Shown here: positions 37,895 to 47,985 of the stretch, in pieces
How positions within the stretch are numbered: the stretch's first letter is position 1
How the letters are laid out: the number at the start of each line of letters is the position of its first letter
NCBI GenBank assembly: GCA_026982415.1
Contig: JALSHE010000034.1
Location: forward strand, 9,279 to 73,278
Origin: Robiginitomaculum sp.
Lineage (GTDB): Bacteria > Pseudomonadota > Alphaproteobacteria > Caulobacterales > Maricaulaceae
Direction of reading: 5' to 3'
Length of the DNA stretch: 64,000 nucleotides
Position numbers and translations under genes: made by a program
The notes under the pieces: generated by a model
Told to the model about the DNA's origin: nothing
Database searches by the model: none
Seen by the model: the letters and a program-made list of their open reading frames with translations, nothing else

Positions 37895-38995
37895 TTAATT
37901 CTGGGAAACGGGGCCGACATTTAGTGACGAAATATCCATGACATGGGTATATAGATCAGACATAAACCCTTTGCCGACACTTCGTGTAAATAACATCTTC
38001 TTGCCGTCCGGTGATACGGACGGGAAACCGTCAAAGCTGTCATTATAAGTTAGGCGTACTGGCTCACCACCGGCAATACTGCCCAGAAATACTTCCCAAT
38101 TCATGGGATTGTTTTTAAGCGGTCGTACAAACACATAATGTTTGCCGTCCGGTGTCGGATAAGGTGCCCAATTCATCCATTTGTCCTTGGTAAGTTCTTT
38201 GACCTCTTTGGTGTCAGTATCCAGAGTGAACACTGTCATAAAGGTCATACGACCACCTTTTTCAGACCGCTTCCAAGCGCGCATGGTGACCGTTTTGTTG
38301 TCCGGCAAAAAGAACGGTGCGCCCTCTTGCCAATCATCGGTGAAGGTCAACTGATGTTCATTCGTGCCGTCTGAATTCATCATCCAAACGTCAAGCTTGC
38401 CGTCGATTTGACGGGTAAAGATAATTCTTTTCCCGTCTGGCGAAACCGCGACTTCCGCATCATAGACCTTATTATTGGTCAAACGCTTAACGTTGCTCCC
38501 GTCGATATTTGCCATATAAAGCTCGGCACCTTGGGGGTAATCATCCTCAGCCGACCAATTGCCAACCGGCATGTCCATATTATCCCGTGTCGATGTATAT
38601 AAGATACGCTCACCGTCCGGCATAATATAAGAACACCCGTCTTGTCCTCGGTCATTAGCAGCCCAAACATGCTTGCCGTCATCTGTAGCAATCCAGGTCA
38701 AAGCACCACCCGCCGCCTTTTCGTGGGACGGCGGCACTGCATTTGGATCCTGGGTTTGGGCAATTAGATGATAGCTGTCCGGGCCGTAATAAGCTTCGGC
38801 GCTTTCAGGCAGGTTGGGAACCCGCCAAATAGGCAGCTCCCCTTTGTTTTCCACCTTTGGCGTGACCAGAGAATAATCGGTCGAAGCCTGCTTTGCCATT
38901 TTTGCTTCGGGTTTTGATGTTTCACTTGTTGTACAAGCTGAAAGCCCAAGCACTACGGCCAATGTTATAAGGCCTGTTGTTTTAGATAGTTTCAT
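37895..38995 (-). CDS. PD40/TolB-like beta-propeller lipoprotein
   Basis: It has a lipobox (VLGLSAC|TT) and repeated PD40 motifs (MPDGERILYT, SPDGKRIIFT, TPDGKHYVFV, SPDGKKMLFT). Confidence 0.75.
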   Translation of the reverse strand: MKLSKTTGLITLAVVLGLSACTTSETSKPEAKMAKQASTDYSLVTPKVENKGELPIWRVPNLPESAEAYYGPDSYHLIAQTQDPNAVPPSHEKAAGGALTWIATDDGKHVWAANDRGQDGCSYIMPDGERILYTSTRDNMDMPVGNWSAEDDYPQGAELYMANIDGSNVKRLTNNKVYDAEVAVSPDGKRIIFTRQIDGKLDVWMMNSDGTNEHQLTFTDDWQEGAPFFLPDNKTVTMRAWKRSEKGGRMTFMTVFTLDTDTKEVKELTKDKWMNWAPYPTPDGKHYVFVRPLKNNPMNWEVFLGSIAGGEPVRLTYNDSFDGFPSVSPDGKKMLFTRSVGKGFMSDLYTHVMDISSLNVGPVSQN

Positions 38996-39005
38996 TTTCT
39001 TACTC

Positions 39006-40028
39006 CTAATCTTGATCGATTTGTTTAGTTTTGTCCCGTGCCGTCTTGATACTAATGTAGGCAAAGGCAGCAAGCGCCACTACGGTCAGTGTCGAGGCAA
39101 TCGGGTGGTCCATAGGCTCCCCCCAATACTCGTCGAACCATCCCCAACGTCCGGAGATCTCGACAAGATTGAAGAATATAATCGCGGTTGGAATGGCATA
39201 CCGTAATGCAGACGCACCACGTTTGAAGCGCAACAAACGCTGGATCAGATATACAGACCAAACTAAGATTAAACCGAAGCTTAGATAAGTGACCCAGTGT
39301 GTTTCACCGAACCATGTTTCATCATAAATAATCATCAGGAACACATAGAAGAACCAAAGAATAGTTATGTTTTCAATAGCAACATTGTTGGAGAAATTCC
39401 GGGTCAGGCCGCGAGATGGCTTACCGACCGTAATACGCATATGTCTGTGCATCCACCTAAACATATTACAACGGGTTTCCTTGTTGAGCATAAAGTACAA
39501 CATAATAACCAGCAAGAAACCAACCGAGCCTTGCATCAGGAAATACTCCGGCTTGGTCGCAGGCTTAGTGGCGCAGGCAAAAGCATAGGTGCCATCGTCG
39601 CACAATGATTTCACAGCAAAATAGCGCGCGTGGTAATGGAGCGAAAACTCGACCCAACCTGTCCACAACAAGCTTGATCCGATAAAGCCTGCCCATGTAC
39701 CAGCCACTTCGGTGTCTTTCTTAACCCCCCACATGATAATCCAGATACCAACGACCCCCATGACAAATGCGGGTAGATAAATGATATTGTCTATGCCGGC
39801 ATAGTTTTCAAACCCTTCGGGAATATCCGGAGGGCCATCAAAGAATTGCGAATACCAAAGATCCCCGTGGATCAATACCTTCTCCATGACAAGCATGATG
39901 ATATGCCCAAGTGGCTGAACAATGAATACCGCCATAAAGGCGATAATACCAATAAAGGGTGGTTGTCGGAAAATACCTAATGCACCCCCTCCTTTGTTGT
40001 CATTCTTTTGTGTTACTTCTTTGGTCAT
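39006..40028 (-). CDS. Polytopic membrane protein of unknown function
   Basis: It is 340 aa with about 8 hydrophobic segments, and I recognise no family. It is tightly packed ahead of the PD40 gene (10 nt gap). Confidence 0.6.
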   Translation of the reverse strand: MTKEVTQKNDNKGGGALGIFRQPPFIGIIAFMAVFIVQPLGHIIMLVMEKVLIHGDLWYSQFFDGPPDIPEGFENYAGIDNIIYLPAFVMGVVGIWIIMWGVKKDTEVAGTWAGFIGSSLLWTGWVEFSLHYHARYFAVKSLCDDGTYAFACATKPATKPEYFLMQGSVGFLLVIMLYFMLNKETRCNMFRWMHRHMRITVGKPSRGLTRNFSNNVAIENITILWFFYVFLMIIYDETWFGETHWVTYLSFGLILVWSVYLIQRLLRFKRGASALRYAIPTAIIFFNLVEISGRWGWFDEYWGEPMDHPIASTLTVVALAAFAYISIKTARDKTKQIDQD

Positions 40029-40090
40029 TGAACTCCCTCTTTCTAGTGTTCTTTATTGCAACTGCGAACCATTCGCAATTAAAATCTTAC

Positions 40091-41428
40091 TTATTGTCTT
40101 GCTTTTGGCGATTTATATCCTGTCTTGAGGCGGACATAGATCGCAAATAGCATTACCAAACCATTGACACAGCCGACCAATATAAATGGTGCGCCCGGGC
40201 CAACCGTATCAAATAAATATCCACCCGCTTGGCTTAAAACGATTAAGCCCAATGCTCCACAAAATGCAAAGACGCCCAAAACCGAACCGCGTATTTTAAC
40301 GGGGGCTTCTTGCGCTATCAAAGTCTGCCCAGCCAATATGGCAGAAAACTCGCCTACCCCCAAGAGTATTAGAGGGATTGTGGCGGCGGGCGACGTTGGG
40401 TCAGGAACCAGCCCGATGCCCACATAGCCGATAACCGCCAACCCCATCGCCAATATCACGGTAGTCGCCCGGTCAAATCTATCAAGAATAATACCGAAAA
40501 TAGGCGCCCATAGCAAAGCCGCGAATTGCACCAGCCCGCTCAAACGCCCGGCTTGTTTAGTCGCGTCAGCGATTTCCATTCCGTGCATATTTGTACCAGT
40601 ATGAATGAGCCAAAGGGATAAAAATGTACCGATCATCAAGAGGTCACCCCGGGCAATAAAACTCTCCGCCAAAGCTAGTTGCAGGCGCGGGTTTTTCTTT
40701 GCTTCTCCAAACCCCTCCTTGACCAAAGCGCCAGTGTTTTTGCGGGCTTGCGGCTCCCCCGGCTTTCCGGCTTTAAGCCCCTTAAATACAATTACTGCCG
40801 TAATAAACGCCATAATTGTCATGGTCCAAAAGGTAAATGTTCCGGCTTGCTGATCGCTCATGCCGCGCGAAACAAATAGTGACGGCAACCGACTTAAAAC
40901 CAATATCATAAACAGCGCGCCAAGCCCGTTGGCCCAACCGCTCATGGCAGCCATAAAACCGCGCGAGCGGTTTTGCGGATAATCCGATAACACGGTGGCC
41001 ATCATTCCGCCCAAAGCCGCCGCACCGACGCCCATAAAGGCCTTAATTGCTAGCAACATGCCGAAACTACTAGCCAGCGGGTACAGCGCAAAACCAACCC
41101 CTATCCATAAAAACCCCATGGCGAATATCGGCCTACGCCCTATTTTATCCGACAAGGCACCGAAAAATGGCGATACAGTCAGCAATACAATCTCGCCGAC
41201 AAGCGCCAGATTACCAACGGCACGGCCAAGCTCGTTCCCGGCAATGCCCAAATGTTCCTTTAAAACATAGTTTTGCAAGAAACTGAGAAACGACAGAAAG
41301 CCAATCGTCCAAAAAGCCGAGAACATATAAGTACGCGCATTCCAGCGAGTGACGCCTGGCTCCAAATGAACGGGGCCAAACTTTACACTTACTTCATCAA
41401 CATTCGATATGTTAGCTTTGCTTGTCAT
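40091..41428 (-). CDS. MFS transporter
   Basis: It is 445 aa with 12 predicted helices and the MFS loop motif GALSDKIGRRP. Confidence 0.85.
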   Translation of the reverse strand: MTSKANISNVDEVSVKFGPVHLEPGVTRWNARTYMFSAFWTIGFLSFLSFLQNYVLKEHLGIAGNELGRAVGNLALVGEIVLLTVSPFFGALSDKIGRRPIFAMGFLWIGVGFALYPLASSFGMLLAIKAFMGVGAAALGGMMATVLSDYPQNRSRGFMAAMSGWANGLGALFMILVLSRLPSLFVSRGMSDQQAGTFTFWTMTIMAFITAVIVFKGLKAGKPGEPQARKNTGALVKEGFGEAKKNPRLQLALAESFIARGDLLMIGTFLSLWLIHTGTNMHGMEIADATKQAGRLSGLVQFAALLWAPIFGIILDRFDRATTVILAMGLAVIGYVGIGLVPDPTSPAATIPLILLGVGEFSAILAGQTLIAQEAPVKIRGSVLGVFAFCGALGLIVLSQAGGYLFDTVGPGAPFILVGCVNGLVMLFAIYVRLKTGYKSPKARQ

Positions 41429-41435
41429 TTTATTC

Positions 41436-42950
41436 CTACAGATACACCGTCACGGCTTTGATTTCTAAATATGGCTCTAGACCCTCGCGGCCAAACTCCC
41501 GGCCCCAACCGGACTGTTTATAACCGCCGAACGGAGTTGCCGGATCAATGGCGGCGTGGACATTAATCCCAACCTGTCCCGATTTAATCTTGCCTGCCAG
41601 CAAATGCCCCTTGGACAAATTCCCTGTCCAGACACTGGCAGACAAGCCGAAAACGGTATCATTGGCCATCCCGGCTATTTCGTCCAAATCTTCGGTCACG
41701 AATTTTTGCACCGTCAGCACAGGGCCAAATATTTCTTCGCGGACAATGCGCATATTGGGTGTGCAGTTCGTGAAAATAGTTGGCTGGACAAAATATCCGG
41801 CCAAGCCAGACACACGCTTACCACCTGTGGCCAGCTCCGCACCCTCACCTAGCCCCGTATCTATATAGGCGAGAACACGGGTCATTTGGCGTTTGGAAAT
41901 GAGCGGGCCAATATCGTAAGCATTGTCGAGGTCAGAGCCTACGCTCATGGCTTTGGCAATATCAACCAAACCTTTGACAACTGCATCATGTATATCTGCA
42001 TGTACCAAGAGCCGTGATCCGGCCATACAGTTTTGGCCGTTGAGGAAAAATATTGCCCGCGCCGCCGCAGGAATAGCTTCGGATAAATCCGCATCTTGCA
42101 AAATGACAACAGGCGATTTCCCGCCTAGCTCCAAAGTGACTTTTTTAAGGTTACCGCCTGCCGCAGAAAGAATGTCCTTTCCAACTGCGGTGGAACCCGT
42201 GAATGATATTTTATCCACATCCATATGCCGCGCCAAAGCCGCTCCAGCCTTGCGCCCGACACCGTTAACTAGGTTAAACACCCCGTCCGGCAGGTCGGTC
42301 TTGGCGACAAGGTCTGCAAGATAAGACACACTGAGCGGCGCCTCTTCGGCAGGTTTAAGAACCAAAGAACACCCCGCAGCAAGTGCAGGTGCAATTTTCC
42401 CGATAGACATACCAAAGGGGAAGTTCCAGGGAATAATTTGCCCGACAACACCAATAGGTTCTTTAACCGTGTAGGTCAGGAATTCACGACCCGGCGCATG
42501 GGGGCGGGAATTATTAATAGTCTGCCCACCGATTTTGGTAATCCAGCCTGCATAATAACGTAATTGATCCGCTGCCAATTTAACCCCAATTTCGTGCATC
42601 ATGGCACGGGATACGCCAATGTCCAGCGCCTCAAGATGGGCGATTTGTTCGGCGTGTTCCTCTATGAGATCGGCGAGGGAAAACAATATGCGCGCCCGCT
42701 CAACCGGAGCCATTTTCGACCAAACACCGCTGTCAAAACTTTCCCGCGCCGCATTTACGGCCAAATCTATCTCAACTGCGCCGCCTGATTCTATAGTCGC
42801 AATCGTTAGACCCGTCGCCGGGTTAACAACATTGATCGGCTGAATGTCACCACCGCTCACCCATTGTCCGTCAATAAAATGCCCGCGTGTCTGCGCCAGA
42901 AAATTCAACATTTCCCCGTGCGTATCTATTTGTGGACTAAGCATCGCCAT
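41436..42950 (-). CDS. Aldehyde dehydrogenase family protein
   Basis: It has the ALDH blocks FTGSTAVGK, ELGGKSPVVI, NGQNCMAGSR and EEIFGPVL. Confidence 0.9.
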   Translation of the reverse strand: MAMLSPQIDTHGEMLNFLAQTRGHFIDGQWVSGGDIQPINVVNPATGLTIATIESGGAVEIDLAVNAARESFDSGVWSKMAPVERARILFSLADLIEEHAEQIAHLEALDIGVSRAMMHEIGVKLAADQLRYYAGWITKIGGQTINNSRPHAPGREFLTYTVKEPIGVVGQIIPWNFPFGMSIGKIAPALAAGCSLVLKPAEEAPLSVSYLADLVAKTDLPDGVFNLVNGVGRKAGAALARHMDVDKISFTGSTAVGKDILSAAGGNLKKVTLELGGKSPVVILQDADLSEAIPAAARAIFFLNGQNCMAGSRLLVHADIHDAVVKGLVDIAKAMSVGSDLDNAYDIGPLISKRQMTRVLAYIDTGLGEGAELATGGKRVSGLAGYFVQPTIFTNCTPNMRIVREEIFGPVLTVQKFVTEDLDEIAGMANDTVFGLSASVWTGNLSKGHLLAGKIKSGQVGINVHAAIDPATPFGGYKQSGWGREFGREGLEPYLEIKAVTVYL

Positions 42951-42953
42951 ACG

Positions 42954-44027
42954 CTAGACCCACCGACTTTTGTCTTTGAGAAACTGCGCGGCAACGAACC
43001 CGTTATCCGGAAGACTGTCCGCCATCATGTTGGGCGGATAGGCTTCTTGGTACTGGGCGAATAAATCTGCAAACAATGATGGATGAAAGCGCGGTATTTT
43101 GCGCCCCTTGCGAAAGGCTGCAATGGGAATACTGGCCATAACGCCAGTTTCGTTGACTGAATTGGCCGTATCCAAAACTTCACCCTTAGGCCCGTAAATC
43201 GCAGTGCCGCCAGAGCGCACGTCTTGAAAAAACGGCCCCGGATTATTGGAGATGGAATTGTTGACCAGGGATGTATACATATTGTTGTGCATGGCACCCG
43301 AACGTATGTCAATCGGGTCAGCACCGGACGTGGCGGCGCGCAACATAATTTCAGCACCCTTCAAGGCAAAGGCGCGAATAAGCTCCGGTTCGTACTGCAC
43401 GGCGGTGGTCGCCAGATTGCCAACATCGGTACGAGTCACAGGGAATACGGCATCACGACCGTACATTTCCACATATTGGTCCATGACATCAAAAATTGTG
43501 GTGGTGATAACCTCAAAGCCTGCAAATACGCCCTTCAGATTGCGCAGCTTCCAGTGTTTATCGACAATCTCGCCGTCCGGCCCCATGATAATAGTGGTCG
43601 ACAATATATGATCCGGCCAGTCGGGGTCTTTTGAATAAGAACCAAAGACAATATAACTATTGTATTTCTTCGCTCGTGCGCCCACGGCTTCGGTCTCAAC
43701 CCCAGGCACATCAATGGCGACCTTAAGCAAATCCTCTCGGTTCCACATATGAGAAAAGCCGGTGATGGGAAATTCGTGAAAATGGATGATGTCTTTCGGC
43801 CCCATCCATGTCGCCGCCGCATCAATCAGATCCAGCATGTGATCAAGATTAGCCTTTTTCATCTCTACCGCATTATCTGCCCGCACAGGCACGACCCGTG
43901 ACTGTACCGCCATGATCGTAATATCATCCTTACGCAGCGGTTTAACTTCGTAAGAGCCATCTTTCGCTACCAAAGGCGCGACTAGTGGCTGGTCATTTTT
44001 TGCTCTACTAGTAATTTCAGTCCCCAT
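42954..44027 (-). CDS. Carbon-nitrogen hydrolase (nitrilase superfamily), aliphatic-amidase-like, lacking the catalytic Cys
   Basis: The blocks DIIHFHEFPITGF (Glu), GEIVDKHWKLRN (Lys) and ...YEPELIRAFALKGAEIMLR resemble the amidase/formamidase branch. The position of the nucleophile Cys reads Thr-Thr (ACC ACC at 43404-43409), and the whole ORF has no Cys codon. Confidence 0.72.
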   Translation of the reverse strand: MGTEITSRAKNDQPLVAPLVAKDGSYEVKPLRKDDITIMAVQSRVVPVRADNAVEMKKANLDHMLDLIDAAATWMGPKDIIHFHEFPITGFSHMWNREDLLKVAIDVPGVETEAVGARAKKYNSYIVFGSYSKDPDWPDHILSTTIIMGPDGEIVDKHWKLRNLKGVFAGFEVITTTIFDVMDQYVEMYGRDAVFPVTRTDVGNLATTAVQYEPELIRAFALKGAEIMLRAATSGADPIDIRSGAMHNNMYTSLVNNSISNNPGPFFQDVRSGGTAIYGPKGEVLDTANSVNETGVMASIPIAAFRKGRKIPRFHPSLFADLFAQYQEAYPPNMMADSLPDNGFVAAQFLKDKSRWV

Positions 44028-44334
44028 TTTTAAATGTCCTATAGCTATATCTTTATCATTTTCTGTTCATGCTATGTTAATAAATAAATTCACGACCACA
44101 AAGTGGTCATTTGCCGCAGGGCGCGTTATTTTGAGGGTTAAATTAGGGCTTAGGTTTCAATACGGGACAATAGCAACCATGTTCTGGCGCAAATTTTCGC
44201 ATTACCAGACATCAAACCATTTGTTTTCTCTTCGCAATAATTCAGCGCGCATCAAAGGATCAGTATCTATTGTATTTGCTTTTAATTGCCCAGCAAGCTA
44301 TTCAATTTTCCCATAGCAAATAGCCAGGTTCTCA

Positions 44335-45399
44335 ATGAAACACCGCTCTGTAAAATCGATAAAACGCCTTGTAATCCGCCGCCCTGATGACTGGCATGTA
44401 CATGTTCGAGATGGGGAAATGCTCGCGGCGGTGGCGGGCTATACGGCGCGGCAATTTGGCCGGGCGATTATTATGCCTAATCTAGCCGAACCTGTGACGA
44501 CAGTTGCGGCGGCGCAGCGTTATCGCGAACGTATTTTAGCGGCAGTGCCAAACACGGGCTTCACCCCCTTAATGACCTGTTATTTGACAGACACTATAGA
44601 TGTACAAGAAATCGCACACGGCTTTGAACAAAACGTTTTTACGGCCTGTAAACTTTATCCGGCCAATGCCACGACGAATTCCAGCCACGGTGTCACGGAT
44701 ATAAATAATATCACGGGCGTATTGGAAACCATGCAACGTATGGGCATGCCTTTATTGGTACACGGGGAGGTCACAGATAGTGCCGTTGATATATTCGACC
44801 GCGAAGCCGTGTTTATTGAGCGGGTTATGGCGAAAATAATCGCCGATTTCCCGGCATTGAAAATAGTCTTCGAACACATCACCACCAAAGACGCCGTCGA
44901 TTTTGTCAATGAAAGTGGCACCAATATAGCTGCCACCATAACACCGCACCATTTGGTTTATAACCGCAGCGCTATATTTGCAGGCGGGATCAACCCGCAC
45001 CTATATTGCTTGCCCATTGCCAAGCGCGAGCGTCACAGGCTGGCTCTGCGTAAGGCGGCCATATCAGGCTCGGCCAAGTTCTTCTTGGGAACAGATTCTG
45101 CCCCCCACATCGCCTCGGCCAAACAGTCTGCTTGTGGGTGTGCGGGGGTGTTTAATGCCCCCTATGCCTTGGAGAGCTATGCAGGCACTTTCGAGGCAGA
45201 AGACGCCTTGGATAAATTGGAAGGTTTCGCCTCAGAGTTTGGCCCGCAGTTTTACGGGTTGAAGCCCAATGAGGGTAAAATAATTTTGGAGCGCACTGAT
45301 AATGAAGTGCCTGAAATTTTGAACATTATGGACGCGCAAATCGTCCCGTTCCACAGCGGCGAAGTATTGCGCTGGAAATTCGTTGGTAGCCAAGCCTGA
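44335..45399 (+). CDS. pyrC: Dihydroorotase (homodimeric type)
   Basis: It has [13 protein letters not shown], the metal-ligand pattern, and FLGTDSAPH. Confidence 0.9.
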   Translation: MKHRSVKSIKRLVIRRPDDWHVHVRDGEMLAAVAGYTARQFGRAIIMPNLAEPVTTVAAAQRYRERILAAVPNTGFTPLMTCYLTDTIDVQEIAHGFEQNVFTACKLYPANATTNSSHGVTDINNITGVLETMQRMGMPLLVHGEVTDSAVDIFDREAVFIERVMAKIIADFPALKIVFEHITTKDAVDFVNESGTNIAATITPHHLVYNRSAIFAGGINPHLYCLPIAKRERHRLALRKAAISGSAKFFLGTDSAPHIASAKQSACGCAGVFNAPYALESYAGTFEAEDALDKLEGFASEFGPQFYGLKPNEGKIILERTDNEVPEILNIMDAQIVPFHSGEVLRWKFVGSQA

Positions 45400-45415
45400 T
45401 TTTTGGTCGCCAAGC

Positions 45416-46249
45416 CTAAGAAAAGTCCAAAATTTGCGTCACAGGCGCATGGTCGGACGGCCTCTCCCAGAGGCGGCACGGTCGGTGAATTTGGTGACCG
45501 GTAGCTTTGGCTTTCTCTGCAGCTTGTTTAAGCGCAGGGCTGACCCAGATATGGTCAAGGCGGCGTCCACGATCAGATTTATTTATATCGCGAGATCGGT
45601 AGGACCACCAGGAAAACAGCTCTTGCTTAGCTGCGTCGCCGTGCAAGGCACGCGCACAATCGGTAAAATCGCCACACGCCAATAATTTGTTCAATATGTC
45701 CACTTCGACCGGGGTGTGGCTCACGACTTTCAGGAGTTGTTTATGTGACCAGACATCGTTTTCGTGGGGCGCAATGTTGAAATCGCCAACCAAAACCTGT
45801 CGCGCGTTCTCCGCCGACCTGTCGCCGAAATAATCAATCATCCGGTCAATAAATTCCATCTTGTGGGCGAATTTTGGATTGGCCTTGGGGTCTGGCTCGT
45901 CGCCGCCAGCCGGAATATAAAAATTATGAAACTCAAAATCGTTTTTGCCGCCTATATCTACGAGGGTGCTGACATGGCGCGCATGACCCTCTGGGCAAAA
46001 ATCCGTATCCATGCGGGTCAACGGAAATTTGGAAACCGTCGCCGCGCCGTGCATACCCTTTTGACCAGATATTTCTATGTGCGCAAAGCCCATAGCTTTA
46101 AATTCGTCAAATGGGAACTGTTCTTCCAAGCACTTTATCTCTTGCAAGCCGATAATATCTGGCTGCTGCTCTTCGGTGAAGCGGGCAATTTGCGGCGCGC
46201 GCAAACGCACGGAATTTACATTCCAACTGGTAAGTTTAAGTTTTTTCAT
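45416..46249 (-). CDS. xthA: Exodeoxyribonuclease III
   Basis: It belongs to the EEP nuclease family (SWNVNSVR, IGLQE, SDHAPV). Confidence 0.92.
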   Translation of the reverse strand: MKKLKLTSWNVNSVRLRAPQIARFTEEQQPDIIGLQEIKCLEEQFPFDEFKAMGFAHIEISGQKGMHGAATVSKFPLTRMDTDFCPEGHARHVSTLVDIGGKNDFEFHNFYIPAGGDEPDPKANPKFAHKMEFIDRMIDYFGDRSAENARQVLVGDFNIAPHENDVWSHKQLLKVVSHTPVEVDILNKLLACGDFTDCARALHGDAAKQELFSWWSYRSRDINKSDRGRRLDHIWVSPALKQAAEKAKATGHQIHRPCRLWERPSDHAPVTQILDFS

Positions 46250-46367
46250 GGGCGGACATTAAGCGGCCAAATGATTCGCGCAAGCCGCGTCCGTAAAGTT
46301 TTTCGGAAATTTGTAATTACGACTTCCCGTTTTACCGAAATATTTAACTGCAAACGTGTTTACGCGC

Positions 46368-47039
46368 CTATCTGCGGCGGTTACGGCGTTTATCGTCGCG
46401 CAATACAAACAGGCGCGGATTGAGCCGTTCATTATACTTTAGCTCGGACAACAATATTTTGGTTTGTTGGCCAAACCCATCATGCACCACCCATTCCCGC
46501 AAGGCCAATGTGTTTGGGTCAAAAATCATAGTGATGGCGCCGTCCATTTGGCCGGAACCGTCCTTGGCGGTGAGGCTGACCGCGTCCATTGTTTTTTGCA
46601 AGGATATGACTTCCACATCGTCTTCCAGCTTAACCTTCTCGGCCAGAAAAAACGCCAGCGGTGTCGCCTTGAGCGGTACACGGTCTTTGGTATCGAGGGC
46701 TTTATCGACCTGGGTCAATGTCACCCCGTCCGAGACCATAAGCAATTGCGCCGGCGCATCATATTCAAAACGGATTTTGCCCGGACGTTTCAGATAGACA
46801 CGACCTTGGGAGAACGAACCATCAGAGCCGTATTGAGCAAAACGGCCCGAGAAACTCACCGTGCTATTCATAGCCGCATCAATTCGCGCCAAATCTTGCG
46901 GTACAGTCGCCGGGTGTGTGAAGGCGGGCAAGCGTTGCCCGGTCGCCGGAGCCGTTGATTGCGGCACCTGAGCAACCGCGCCTAGAGCTGTGGCACCGAG
47001 TAAAATAGCCATACTGGTCTTTAATAAAACACGTTTCAT
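46368..47039 (-). CDS. lolA: Outer-membrane lipoprotein carrier protein LolA family
   Basis: A signal peptide (MKRVLLKTSMAILLGATALGAVA) is followed by the LolA-like core F.GRF.Q........G.VYLKRPGKIRFEY. An AAGGAG lies upstream. Confidence 0.78.
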   Translation of the reverse strand: MKRVLLKTSMAILLGATALGAVAQVPQSTAPATGQRLPAFTHPATVPQDLARIDAAMNSTVSFSGRFAQYGSDGSFSQGRVYLKRPGKIRFEYDAPAQLLMVSDGVTLTQVDKALDTKDRVPLKATPLAFFLAEKVKLEDDVEVISLQKTMDAVSLTAKDGSGQMDGAITMIFDPNTLALREWVVHDGFGQQTKILLSELKYNERLNPRLFVLRDDKRRNRRR

Positions 47040-47217
47040 GATGTCTCCTTTGCCCCTTACTAACCAATCCAAGCTGTATATAAAGTGAATTATACTGTCA
47101 GACCTCGCTCATCTTGATTAAACTTGCGTAAGGTGTGATCGCGGCAGTGTCTAATTTCACAGGCATGTGATGTGAATGTGTCTAGCAATTACGGCTAGTG
47201 CTGGCTAAGACAAAGCT

Positions 47218-47946
47218 ATGAGATTTCTACGATTATCCATTTTGTTTGTCGTGTGCGCCGGGTTAACTGGGTTAGGATTTGCGGCTACACCCAAAAACCG
47301 TGCGCAGAGCAATCCGGTGACCGTGCTGGAGCTATTTACCTCCCAAGGATGCTCATCTTGCCCTGCTGCTAATAAATTTGTCCGTGAAACTGCCCGGGCA
47401 AATAATGGTGTGGGCGATGTTTTGACATTGTCTTACAGTGTTGATTATTGGGATTATCTCGGCTGGAAGGACACTTTCGGCAAACCTGAGTTTTCCGCCC
47501 ATCAACGCGCTTACGGCGTACAATTCGACGGCCAAGTCTACACGCCGCAAATGGTGATTAACGGTGCCGTACACAGCGCGCGGTTTTCCAATAAAAAAGT
47601 CCGAGCGCACACATTGGACAATAGGCCGAAAATAACCATTGTTGCAAATGGTGATATGTTAAATATCCATATTCGTGCCGACCCAACTGGCAAGAAACCG
47701 CTGAACGTCATGACGGTGCGGTATCAACCCGGCATCCAGAGCGTACCGGTAAAACGCGGCGAAAACCGTGGCCGCACCATAAGCCTCGCCAACGTCGTGC
47801 AAGCCTGCAAGGAAATTGGCTACATAAAAACCGGGGGCAGTTTTGACCAACAAATTCCCATTCCAACTGCGGGCGAAGCCATCGTCATAATAGTACAAGA
47901 CGGCAAAGGCGGCCCAATACTAAGCGCCGCAAATTTCACGCCTTAA
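47218..47946 (+). CDS. DUF1223 (thioredoxin-like, secreted) protein
   Basis: It has a signal peptide and VLELFTSQGCSSCPAAN...DYWDYLGWKD. Confidence 0.8.
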   Translation: MRFLRLSILFVVCAGLTGLGFAATPKNRAQSNPVTVLELFTSQGCSSCPAANKFVRETARANNGVGDVLTLSYSVDYWDYLGWKDTFGKPEFSAHQRAYGVQFDGQVYTPQMVINGAVHSARFSNKKVRAHTLDNRPKITIVANGDMLNIHIRADPTGKKPLNVMTVRYQPGIQSVPVKRGENRGRTISLANVVQACKEIGYIKTGGSFDQQIPIPTAGEAIVIIVQDGKGGPILSAANFTP

Positions 47947-47947
47947 A

Positions 47948-47982
47948 CCTAGGCCGTAGTGAAGAATTAACCACGGCCTAGG
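47948..47982. terminator. Stem-loop between convergent genes (candidate bidirectional terminator)
   Basis: CCTAGGCCGT (47948-47957) pairs perfectly with ACGGCCTAGG (47973-47982). There is no clear U-tract on either strand. Confidence 0.45.
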
Positions 47983-47985
47983 GTC

